DNA of 63,233 nt, the filler included, from Octopus bimaculoides (taxonomy: Eukaryota): NCBI RefSeq assembly GCF_001194135.2. It is 9 parts of 7 records of this genome, joined end to end, with 100 filler letters (N's around TTAATTAATTAA, not from the genome) between each part and the next. Parts side by side here need not be neighbours in the genome. Positions count along the whole stretch, not along the records: positions 43,980 to 50,328 come from NC_069010.1; positions 50,429 to 54,462 come from NC_068984.1; positions 54,563 to 60,279 come from NC_068981.1; positions 60,380 to 63,233 come from NC_068985.1; 5 more parts are not named here. One strand, given 5' to 3'. Position 1 is the first letter of the stretch, and each line of letters opens with the position of its first letter. The notes below the pieces were generated by a model that saw only the letters and a list, made by a program, of their open reading frames with translations, did no database searches and was not told the origin of the DNA. Position numbers and translations under genes: made by a program. Of this stretch, positions 49,755 through 61,892 are shown piece after piece.

Positions 49755-49897
49755 GAACTGCGTATGATGGACCCAAAGAACCTGAAGCTTGTGCCGCCTT
49801 GTATTAATGGTACTGCCACTTTGGTCTACTTTGGTCGTGATGATGTCCGCAAAGCTTTAAACATTCCGACAAGTGTAACAAGCTGGGATCTTTGCAG
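49755..49897 (+). CDS. CTSA: Cathepsin A exon (linker end and start of light chain); later exons not seen in the window
   Basis: ctcttctcag|...AG|gtaatt; 143 nt, phase 0 to 2; ELRMMDPKNLKLVPPCINGTATLVYFGRDDVRKALNIPTSVTSWDLC(S). Confidence 0.93.
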
Positions 49898-51279
49898 GTA
49901 ATTCTTTGGACAATGTCTTTCAGCTTGTGTCTATTTAATAAAGACCAAACTGGACTTGAACAACAACAGCACCAACACAACTACCATGTGTTGTGGTTCA
50001 GGTGAAGGTCATCCCTCAACCAACAGACTTATGTCTTAGCTGTGATCATCCCATCATCCTCTTGGTCCTTCATCATCATCATCGTCGTTTAACGTCCGCT
50101 TTCCATTGCTAGCATGGGTTGGACGATTTGACTGAGGACTGGTGAAACCAGATGGCTGCACCAGGCTCCAATCTGATTTGGCAGAGTTTCTACAGCTGGA
50201 TGCCCTTCCTAACGCCAACCACTCCGAGAGTGTATATATATATATATATTATCATCATCATCATGATCGTTTAACGTCCGCTTTCCATGCTAGCATGGGT
50301 TGGACGATTTGACTGAGGACTGGTGAAANNNNNNNNNNNNNNNNNNNNNNNNNNNNNNNNNNNNNNNNNNNNTTAATTAATTAANNNNNNNNNNNNNNNN
50401 NNNNNNNNNNNNNNNNNNNNNNNNNNNNATGTATTGTGAAAATAATATATTTTTGATGATATTTCTGTCACCAGATCCCATTCATGGTAGAAGCAAATTT
50501 ATCACGCTTGAAATAAAAATCGTTCCGATTTATCATGAATAACGAAATGCTTTAGGGGGATCGGAACATGTCGGCTGCTTCTTCTATCAAAAGGTTGTGA
50601 CGTAATGATGAATTACAGCTATCACGTTTTCCTTCGTTTTTTTTTTGTGTATCATCATCATTAGTAGCAGTAGTACTAGGAGCAGCAGCAGCTGTTGCAG
50701 TAATGATAATACGTAATTGGATCAATGATTAGATGAGCTTTTGGCGAGAGAATTCAGTTCGCGTGGGTTTATCATTGTTATTTAGGCCAATAATAGTAGC
50801 AGTAGTTATACATCACTGCATCCACCATTTGTTGGTGATTTCCTACTACTTGGCAGATGACACTTTTCCACCACTCAGACGACAACACTCCAACCAGTGG
50901 GTCTGTTCGGGCAGTCGTAGCTGGTGACGGTTTTACGAGGCTGGAGTGCAATTCCTACTTCAAACTCTTTTCGTCACCTTTGACACGACGGGTCTATTCT
51001 TTGACATGTCTGCCCCCACACAGCACGCAGCTCAACGCTAGTTTAAAATTAGATAAAACTTAGGTGTCAGGAACTATAAGTTATTTCATTTTCAAAGACT
51101 GCAGAGTGTGGTTCGAATGAGATTTAACTGCTCTTTTCTAGCAAGAAGATAGAAAACCTACAGGGACTCCCACTTCGATGTTGTGGAATAAATGTTCTTA
51201 CAGACATCGCAGAATTGCGTTTTTTTCTTCTTTCTATATATTGGGACATCTTCAATTGACTATTTTGGAGAAGCATTCA

Positions 51280-51860
51280 ATAAAATAAATTGTCATATTG
51301 GTTTCAAATTTTGGAAAAGGCTTGCAAGTTCGGGGTTGCCAGTAACTCCACCCAAGTGCTCAACTGGCATTTTCCGTTGCATCATTTCCACGTCGGAAGA
51401 AGGGAAGGCAAAGTTGGCCTCGGCGGAATTTGAACTCATAAAGTAAAATGGACGAAATACCGCTAAGAACTTCCATTCTGTTGTGGGCAACTTCGCCTTT
51501 CATCATTTCAGGGTCGATAACATAAGAACCACATGAGTATTGGCGTCGATGCAATCCAATTATTCTCTGGCCCGAAATTACTGGCCTTGTGCTAAAATTT
51601 GAAACCAACATTGATTGGCGAAATATTCTTTTCTACTCTAGGCACAAGGCTCGAAATTTTTTAGGATAGGGGGCCAGTCGATTAGATCGACTCCAGTACG
51701 CAACTGGTACATAATTTATCGACACCGAAAGGATGAAAGGCAAAGTCGACCTCGGCGGAATATGAACCCAGAACCCAGTAAAGACGGACGAAATACCACT
51801 AAGCATTTCGTCCCTACTTACGCGCTGAGCTAAAATTCTGCGAGGTCGACTGGGCCATTG
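51280..51860. mobile_element. Cluster of Deu/Nin-like SINE copies in both orientations
   Basis: GGCAAAGT(T/C)G(G/A)CCTCGGCGGAAT(T/A)TGAAC modules at ~51410 and ~51740; forward-strand remnants at 51490-51610. Confidence 0.7.
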
Positions 51861-51868
51861 CGCCCTCA

Positions 51869-51944
<76 letters not shown>

Positions 51945-52395
51945 GAAAGATAGATTTATTATTGCTAGTATATATATATATGTATATATATGTGTATATG
52001 TATATATATATGTATATGTATATATGTATGTATATATGTGTATATATATATGTATATATATATATGTATGTAAGCGTGATATTTGCGTGTTCTATATGCA
52101 CACACACACACATATAGCAGCATATACAAAAAAAAGTAGTCTGATGTATAGTGCATAAGTTCAATACTTAAATATAGTGAGGATTATATTTTTTAATTTA
52201 TTATCCTTTTAAATAAATATTGTCGTTCCATCATGTATTTTGACGCTTATATCGAATACGTCGAGGTTTGATCTCCGAACTCTAGTCTTGATCACAAAAT
52301 TGGATTACCGATTGTATGACTGGTAAAACCTTTACTGATATATATGCATATATATATATATAATTATATGTGTNNNNNNNNNNNNNNNNNNNNNN

Positions 52396-52450
<55 letters not shown>

Positions 52451-53761
52451 GTGTGTGTGTGTTGTTCGTATGCATACGCATATATACATCCTGGGGAGAA
52501 GAGAAATAGAGATACACACCCACACACACACACATACACACGCGATGGAATAGTTATGTTTCACATATACATACAGACTTACATGCGTAGATACGCCTAC
52601 AATTAATGGCGCACACACATGTGCACGTAAATCGGTTGATAGCTAAAGATAGATACGAGATTCGATAGAGAGTTTGGAAGGTAAAGAGAGAGAGAGAGGG
52701 GGAAGACGGCGAGAAACACAGTTAGAGAGAGAGAGAGAGAGAGACAGAGCCCGATTGAGGTATGGAAAAAGATATACGAAAATCTTGGTGAATAAGTAAA
52801 AAAAAAAAGAAGGATCTCTAAGAGAGAGACTTGTGGTTAGGGGTAGAGAAAGTTGAATAACAATAAGACCAACGGAGAAAAGAACGTGAGAATGGTTGTA
52901 TAAAAGTACTAGTTTACATGTCTGTGTCTTTGTGGGCGTGTGTGAACACATCTGTAGGTGATTATATATATATATATATATNNNNNNNNNNNNNNNNNNN
53001 NNNNNNNNNNNNNNNNNNNNNNNNNNNNNNNNNNNNNNNNNNNNNNNNNNNNNNNNNNNNNNNNNNNNNNNNNNNNNNNNNNNNNNNNNNNNNNNNNNNN
53101 NNNNNNNNNNNNNNNNNNNNNNNNNNNNNNNNNNNNNNNNNNNNNNNNNNNNNNNNNNNNNNNNNNNNNNNNNNNNNNNNNNNNNNNNNNNNNNNNNNNN
53201 NNNNNNNNNNNNNNNNNNNNNNNNNNNNNNNNNNNNNNNNNNNNNNNNNNNNNNNNNNNNNNNNNNNNNNNNNNNNNNNNNNNNNNNNNNNNNNNNNNNN
53301 NNNNNNNNNNNNNNNNNNNNNNNNNNNNNNNNNNNNNNNNNNNNNNNNNNNNNNNNNNNNNNNNNNNNNNNNNNNNNNNNNNNNNNNNNNNNNNNNNNNN
53401 NNNNNNNNNNNNNNNNNNNNNNNNNNNNNNNNNNNNNNNNNNNNNNNNNNNNNNNNNNNNNNNNNNNNNNNNNNNNNNNNNNNNNNNNNNNNNNNNNNNN
53501 NNNNNNNNNNNNNNNNNNNNNNNNNNNNNNNNNNNNNNNNNNNNNNNNNNNNNNNNNNNNNNNNNNNNNNNNNNNNNNNNNNNNNNNNNNNNNNNNNNNN
53601 NNNNNNNNNNNNNNNNNNNNNNNNNNNNNNNNNNNNNNNNNNNNNNNNNNNNNNNNNNNNNNNNNNNNNNNNNNNNNNNNNNNNNNNNNNNNNNNNNNNN
53701 NNNNNNNNNNNNNNNNNNNNNNNNNNNNNNNNNNNNNNNNNNNNNNNNNNNNNNNNNNNNN

Positions 53762-53804
<43 letters not shown>

Positions 53805-54386
53805 TAATAAGTCTGGTTAAGATAGATTCAGTGTATAATTGTTGCTGTGAATGTGAGCACATTTATTCATTTGTGAGAGGGCGTGAGTGTAAATGCCTGT
53901 ATGAATATATATACATGAGGGTCGGTGTGTGTTAGTGCTCGTGAGACGACATATACGCATTCTTATATATGTAGAGACACACAAGGATATATGGACTGTT
54001 GTATAAATCTATGTAAGTATGTAAGAATATATGTTGTGTATATGTGTGAGAGTCAGAATGTGTGTGTGTGTGCATGTGTATGTGTTTAAAAGTAGTGTTT
54101 TGATTATCTGATGTATAACAGACAGTAAACGATGTGTGCCTTGCTCTTATAAGCTTCAGACTAATTAAGTATGTGTGTATGAATGTGGCTATGTGTATAG
54201 AAGTGCATGTATCTACGAATGTTGTGTATATATATATATATAAATATATAGTTTTAGGGAAAAGAACCAAGGTTCATGAACTCATATATTTATATATATT
54301 TTACTCTGTGAAGCTCAATTTAATTTAATTTTTTATAAATCGATTTTAATTGAGTTTTTACAAGTAATTTTGGATTTTGTCCCTAA

Positions 54387-54458
<72 letters not shown>

Positions 54459-55607
54459 CATANNNNNNNNNNNNNNNNNNNNNNNNNNNNNNNNNNNNNN
54501 NNNNNNTTAATTAATTAANNNNNNNNNNNNNNNNNNNNNNNNNNNNNNNNNNNNNNNNNNNNATGATATGTATGGTCCCATGCCGGTGGCATGTAAAAAG
54601 CACCATTTGAGCATGGTTATTGCCAGTACCGCCTGACTGGCTCCCGTAGGATTTTCGAGCGAGATCGTTGCCAGTGCCCCTGGACTGGCTTGTGCGGGTG
54701 GCACATAAAAGACACCATTTCGAGCGTGGCCGTTTTCGTGCGGGTGACACGTAAAAGCACCCACTACACTCTCTGAGTGGTTGGCGTTAGGAAGGGCATC
54801 CAGCTGTAGAAACTCTGCCAAATTAGACTGGTGTTGCCATCCGGTTTCACCAGTCCTCAGTCAAATCGTCCAACCCATGCTAGCATGGAAAGCGGACGTT
54901 AAACGATGATGATGATATGTATGGTCCCATGCCGGTGGCATGTAAAAAGCACCATTTGAGCATGGTTATTGCCAGTACCGCCTGACTGGTCCACAATGTA
55001 TATGATATTTATCATGTGAACTATGATGCAAAATTTATGAAAGATATGGTATATATATTTTTTTTTTTTTGTGCAGGGGTTCCTTGAGACATGTAATTTA
55101 TTTTAAGGGTTATGTAAGGAAAAAAATGTTGAGAAACACTGCCTTATTTGGAAGTGGGTGAGAGTTGGCAAAGAGTATCCAGCTGGTGAAAATCCTCAGT
55201 GAATTCTGTCTGACCTATGCAAACATAGAAAGGCAGACATTGAAACATTCACCTCATCTCCACTGTCTATCTCTTCACAACTTTAGTACAAGGACCTGTT
55301 CTGCTCCCCACCCCTATACTTTAATCCCTCGATCCCCAGCATAAAACTGACCTCTCTCTCCCTCAAGGTTCATAGTTTTGCAAGCTGCATGGCAATCTCT
55401 ATAGTACTAGTGGCACACACACAAAAAAAAGACACTCAGTCCATGCTGTAAAGTGATTGATATTATGAAGGGCATCCAGCCATAGAAACCATACTAAAGC
55501 AGGCACTGGAGCACAATGCAGTCCTTGGACACATTGGATCCTGTCAAGCCATCCATTCCATACCAGCTTGGAGTGTGGATGTTAAATGATGAGGATTATG
55601 ATCTATA

Positions 55608-56147
55608 TTAACCCTTTAGCATTCAGATTACTTTATCAAATGTAACGTTTATTTAACCACTTGGTTTCCAACTAATCATGCATTATATTGTAGCTTTGAG
55701 ACTTTGATGATGTGATTGCTTATTTTTAGAATGACATTGTAGAATAGGTGTGAGAGGGTGGATCAGGCTGGTTTGAACATGACTGGCTGGCACTTTGTCG
55801 GTTACAACAGTGAGAGTTCCAGTTGATCCGATCAACAGAACAACCTGCTTGTGAAATTAGCATACAAGTGACTGAGCACTTCACAAACACATGTACCTTA
55901 AATGTAGTTCTCAGGGAGATGCAACATGACACAGAATGTGACGAGGCTGGCCCTTTGAATAACAAGTACTGCTCATTTTTGCCAGCTGAGTGGACTGGAG
56001 TAATGCGTTGCCAAGAATTGAACTCATGACCTTGCGATCATAAGCTGAATACCCTAACCACTAAGCCATGTGCCTTCACTTGTTGGAACATTAAACAGAT
56101 TGAATATCTGAACCTTATATGGCTGGTTTAAAATGCTAAAGGGTTAG
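55608..56147. mobile_element. piggyBac-like MITE with a SINE nested at ~55790-56085
   Basis: TTAA-CCCTTTAGCATT ... AATGCTAAAGGG-TTAG; uninterrupted homolog at 47630-47853. Confidence 0.75.
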
Positions 56148-59100
56148 ACACAATACAGATGAAATATGTGTGTTATTTCCTATTATAGATGGTTATTCAA
56201 ATGCATGTAACATTTTAAAAAGTAAAATGTATCCTTGTAGCTGTCTGATATATAGAAATTGACTATATTTCATTATTTTTGTTCTAGTTCCCATTTATTA
56301 CTATACTTCTTAAGATTTTTACTTTTGCTTCCTCAAACTTCTATAATAGGAAAGCGACCCACATATCTACAAGCTTTAGCTTAGTTTCATAAGTAATATA
56401 ACTCTAAATTTGGCACAAGGCCAGCAATTTTGAGGGGAAGGGTAATCCTTTACATCAACCCCAGTATTCATCCGGTACTTATTTTTATTGACCCTGAAAA
56501 GCAAAATTGACCTTGGTAACATTTCAACTCAACGTAAAGAGCAAGAAGAAATGCTGGTAAATATTTTGTCTTGCGCAGTAACAATTCTACCAGCTCATTG
56601 TCTTAGTTTCATAACTAATATTATAACACTGAAATGAGAGATGTTTGGAGTGGGGATGGGGTGTGGCTGAAAGAATATATAGTAGGTACTGCAGAGTTTC
56701 TATAAATAGCTAATTGCATGTGCATGAGCTTTCTTCCCCGCTCCACTCTCTCTCTCACACACACATACTCACAGGTGTGATGGATTGTATATTACTATCC
56801 TTCCACAGCTGTTGCCTTTCTTGTGTAGCATTGATCGAGCAGATTTATGATAACTTGTACAAAATGCCAACTCAATTTATATAATGGCATTATATCTATG
56901 TGAAAAAAGAAGAAAATCGGTATCACTATTTACCTGACATATTCAATATCCCAAATAGAATGATACAGCAAAAATAAAGAGATTATATCAGTCATTTATT
57001 GAATTTCGCAAGTGAATTCTTTTTTTCTCTGTATGCTTGGGCTTATGTGATGGATTGAGATTTGTTGATAGGCAATTTTGTAATTGGATTCACATAAAGA
57101 TTTTTTTTTTTTTTTTTTTTTTTGGTCTTTCACTTGCTGTGTCTGGTGGAAGACAGAAGTGCCCTTGGCCTTTTCAGGACATACTAGGCCATTGATGCAA
57201 ATATTAATCGTCATCATCATCATCTAGAGTCTGTATTCCAAGCTAGCATGGGTTGGATGGTTTGGCATGATCCGACAGGCTAGGGAACTGCATCAATCTC
57301 CGTTGTCTCTTTTGACATGGTTTCTACAGCTGGATGGCCTTTCTAACGCTGACCACTTTACAGAGTATATGTTAATATTCTGCTTAAACTGTTGCCAGAT
57401 GATACTTGCAGAAAAGATACAAACAGGTGGAGAGTTGCAGATGGCTATCATTCTCTAAGGCAGTGAACTGGCAGTGTCGTTAGCACGCTGGCTGAAATGC
57501 TTAGTAGCATTTCATCCATCTTTATGTTCTGAGTTCAAATTTCACCAGATTGACTTTACCTTTCATCCTTTCAAGGTCGATAAAATAAGTACCTGTTGAG
57601 TACTGGGGTTGATGTAATTGACTTACCCCTCCCCCCAAACTTGCTGGTCTTGTACCAAAATTTGAAATCATTCTGAGAAGGAAAGAGTGGTTTGTGTAGG
57701 GTCTTGATGGTAGTGATCATGGTGGACACAACTTGGGTGATGATAGGGAAAGAAACAAGTAGACTGGGAAAGCATAAGTGTAGGTGGTAAGAGACCAAAC
57801 AGCTCCTTGGAACAGAGGGCCTTATGATTGTAATTAAATTAACTATAGGAGAAACTATAAAATTATTTGGAAGATAATAAATATGTCAACTTTTTAATCA
57901 ATGATGCCTATGATATTTGTACTTCAAAGAAAATCAGTATCTTGTTCTATAAGAATACTGTGTTAAAACATCTATTCTTTTTGTCATGATAAATTACAAT
58001 GCTCACTAGATTATTTTAAAATGCCTGATTGTTGAAAGTCAGAGAGTCAGGTACTATACTGTTAGAGGTTCCTAGCAAATCAAAACGTTTTTTTTTCTTG
58101 TAGGTAAGCATAGATAAGCTGTGTGGCCTCAGGTTCAATCCCACTGTGTGGCACTTTGGGCAAGTATCCTGCCAAAGCCTTGTGAGTGGATTTGGTAAAT
58201 GGAAACTGAAAGAAACCTGTCATATTTAGGAATATATGTATTTGTATGTACCTCTTGTCTTGACATCATGTGATGGTTGTAAAGAAACATCACCACCATT
58301 TAAGTCCTGTTTTTCCCAGTCTTCCATTAAAAACGTCTGGCAATGGATAAATATTTTCTTGCTTGGAAACATGTGAAGGTTGGTGACAGGAAGAGCATCT
58401 TATTGTAGAAAATCTTTCTCATTGAATTCAGACTCTAATCATTATGTCACATTGACTGAGAATCCTTTTAAGAATCGGTCAACATCATACTTGCAGAAAT
58501 CCCGAAAGATCTTTGGGCACAAGTTATGTGGAAATATATTTGGCTTTTGGCAAATAACAGTATGAAAAACTATAAAATTATTTAGAAGTTATCAGAACTT
58601 GTGAAACCTTATAATCAATGATGGCCATGATATTTGTATTTCAGAGTAACTCAATATCTTGTTCCATAGAAATACTATGTTAAACATCTATTGAAAGCTA
58701 ATATCTTTTTGTCACCACAAATCAAAATATTTACTAGGTTATTTTAAAATGCCTAGACAAATCAATACTATACTGACAGATGGTCCAAATTTATCAAAAT
58801 TTTTCTTTTGTTCCATACATCTCATATTGAATGCTTTTGTCACTATAAAGGGGGAATTTTTTTCTATTGAAATATTTCAAAATACTTAACAGATGAATGT
58901 AAAACAACCTTGTATGACTTAGTTTAACCAAATCAAAATTTTAGTTTCCATTCTTTTAACATGTATATTCAAGGGCTTTTATTTGTTGTATATAACAATA
59001 TGAGATCATTTGATTAATTTCTTTTATCTCTCAAGAATCAATGGAATATGAAACTTCATCATAATTTGTAAAGTTTCAGCTTAAAATATAATTCATTGTA

Positions 59101-59731
59101 TATGTTTACGTTTGCATTATCATCATCATCATTGTTTCAATGTTTAGTTTTCCATGGCTTGCATGGGGCGAGAAAGAATCTGATGAAGCAGATTTTCTAC
59201 AGCTGGATGCCTTTCCTGTTGCCAGCCCTGACCTGTTTCCATGAAGGTAATATTTTCCCATGGCTGAACATGTTTATACAAAAGAATGAAAATGAATGAC
59301 TCTGCTTGCGCAATGGTTATGCTCATTTATAATTATCATATGATGTCAAAACATGATCTCTCTCTTTCTCTCTCTCTCTTTCTCTCTCTCACACACTGCG
59401 CTTCTTTCAGTTTCTTTCTACCTAATTCTCTTAGAAGGCTTTGGTCGGACCAAAGCTATGGTAGAAAAAGTGTACAAGATGTCATAAAGTGGGAATGAGC
59501 TTGGAACCATGTGGCTGGGAATCCAACTTCTTAACCACTCTGCCCTGTCTGTGCCTCACAACATACACAATAAAGTTTACTTTAAGCGGAAACTTCAAAA
59601 CTGACGAAGTTTCACATATCACAAAATATGGTATTGTGAAATTATTTTGCTTTTTCCTCTTTGTTAACAAGAAAACAATACAGTTTGCATCTGATTAAGA
59701 CTTCTTTCTTTGACATGGTGCTTTGATTTTA

Positions 59732-59871
59732 TTAACCCTTTTGATACCAACCCTCTTGAGGCTGCCCTTGGTTCTATGATACAAACTTCCTGGTTTAAAT
59801 TAAAACCACATTCAAAATTAATTTAAAGAATCGTAGGGTATTTAACAGAAATATGGTAACAAAAGGGTTAA
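59732..59871. mobile_element. 140-bp TTAA-flanked MITE
   Basis: TTAA-CCCTTTTGATACC ... GGTAACAAAAGGG-TTAA: 13-bp TIR with one mismatch and TTAA target duplication. Confidence 0.8.
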
Positions 59872-59901
59872 ACATGGGACCTTATCTGTTCCTTTCTAAT
59901 C

Positions 59902-60279
59902 CTCAAAGCAATTAAGAGTATGAAGACCGGGAAAGCCCCCGGCCCATCAGGAATCACTGCAGAGATGCTCAAAATATCTGGCAGTGTTGGCTATAGCCTA
60001 GTCACCCGTATTACGAACCAGGTGATACACGAAGGAGTCATACCCTATGACTGGTGTAGCAGCATCATAGTCAACTGCTACAAAGGTAAAGGGGACGCTT
60101 TAGATACAAATAATTACAGAGGCATCAAGCTGTTAGATCAGGTTATGAAAGTTACAGAGAGGGTCATAGCCCAACTAATTAGGGAGCGAATCAATTTAGA
60201 TGAGATGCAGTTTGGGTTCGTGCCAGGTAAAAGCACTACTGATGCCTTATTTCTAGTGAGACAGTTGCAAGAGAAATAC
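59902..60279 (+). mobile_element. 5'-truncated RTE-clade LINE reverse transcriptase, uninterrupted up to the gap
   Basis: MKTGKAPGPSGITAEMLK..W..SIIVNCYKGKGD..NYRGIKLL..QFGFVPGKSTTDALFLVRQLQEKY = RT domains 0-2. Confidence 0.92.
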
Positions 60280-60379
60280 NNNNNNNNNNNNNNNNNNNNN
60301 NNNNNNNNNNNNNNNNNNNNNNNTTAATTAATTAANNNNNNNNNNNNNNNNNNNNNNNNNNNNNNNNNNNNNNNNNNNN

Positions 60380-60415
<36 letters not shown>

Positions 60416-60607
60416 CATATGTATGCATGTATATGTATACATATGTATGTATATATGTAATGTATCTATGTGTTTGCGTGTGTATGTAGGTATGTATAAA
60501 TGGATGTCTTGTTAGAACACCGAATAGTGCATTCTTAGCCTTGAGAGATCCTCTCATATAGGCCCTTGGTGCATAAAAGCACCCACATACGTTGTGGTGC
60601 CGGAGTC

Positions 60608-60649
60608 CCCATATCACGCGATTCCATTCTACTAGAAATCATCAGTGGG
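60608..60649 (-). ncRNA. Hammerhead-like motif with one core change
   Basis: - strand: CCCA-CTGATGA-TTTCTAGTAGAAT-GGAA-TCGCGTGA-TA-TGGG; stem I perfect, GAAA reads GGAA. Confidence 0.55.
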
Positions 60650-61360
60650 AAGCGTCTGGTTACAAGTTGCTTGTCATATCTCGCTGCAATGATATATAGA
60701 ATACCAGTATCTTTTCAGACATTGACGTCAGAAACAACCAGCGAACTTACCAAAAATTAATTATTGGCGACCGAAACTGTTTCAACACCAAAATAGGTAA
60801 TTTCTTAGTCCAAATTAACATGGATGCCTTGATAGAACAATGAATACTGCGTCATTATCCTTGAGACATCCTCTCATATAAGCGCTTGGAGCATAAAATC
60901 ACACCCGTAGATCGTGGCAGACAAGAATCGTCTGTCATCGGTGGTGGAATTCCCACACCGTGTGATTTCCGTCTATTGCAGATCATCAACAACAAGCGCT
61001 TGTATGATAGGATCCCTCAAAACTAATAACGCAGTATTCGGTGTCTTAACAAGGACTCTGTGTTAATTGGATATAAAGGTTACCTTTTGGCATTAATATT
61101 GCTTCCGTAACTAATATAAATGACTAAAAAAAAATGACAAAAAATGACTCAAAAACCCACAAAATAAGGACAAAAACTCCAATAAGTTGATAAAAGAGAG
61201 GAAGCGAAAAAGTTCCTGACCAGAGTGCGACAGATTCACACAGGAAGTAGCAGATATATCCATATCACGTGATTTCGAGCCCTGAATCATTTCATCTTAT
61301 AAATAATATAAGTGCCCTGTTAGCAATTCAAACTTAAAGGCAACAACCCCAAGTGCAATA

Positions 61361-61424
61361 AGATCCACTGACGAGAGCTTAGATGATATGATTCAAACCT
61401 CGAAATCACTTGATATGGATATAT
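61361..61424 (+). ncRNA. Type I hammerhead ribozyme motif with intact core
   Basis: ATCCA-CTGACGA-GAG(..)CTC-GAAA-TCACTTGA-TA-TGGAT; 5-bp stem I, G-C-closed stem II, near-palindromic stem III, triplet AUA. Confidence 0.8.
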
Positions 61425-61808
61425 CTGCTACTTCTTGTGTGAGTTTGTCGCACTATGATAAGGAGCTTTCTCACTTCCTCTCTTTTGTCAACTTATTGAG
61501 TTTGTGCCTTTTTTTGTGCCTTTTTTTGTGCCTTTTTTTTGTGCCTTTTTTTTGGTGCTTTTTTGAGTGGTTTTTTAACTTTTGTTTCTAGCATTGCTGG
61601 TACCATTTAGTTCCCTTGTTTATAAATTTGCCTTTTGGTTTGAATTGCTAATGGGTCACCTATATATATATATATATATATATATATAATGATAAAATTA
61701 AATAGAGAGGTACAATTGACAATCCAATAATTTATATATATTATACTATAACATAATATACTAGAAATATAATATAAGATAACATAAACAGTTATTAAAA
61801 CATCAAAA

Positions 61809-61892
61809 CGCCAACAATTTGTTTCGACGTATATAAATTTTTTCTTTATATAAACAATACAATTCCCTTATATATAAGTCTCTTCAGAGGCA
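61809..61892 (-). ncRNA. Hammerhead motif with intact core and imperfect stem I
   Basis: - strand: TGCCT-CTGAAGA-GAC(long AT loop)GTC-GAAA-CAAATTG-TT-GGCG; stem I is one nucleotide out of register. Confidence 0.55.

Noticed and set aside
3740-53935. Long ORFs in the track composed mainly of X
   Set aside because: They only span assembly gaps.
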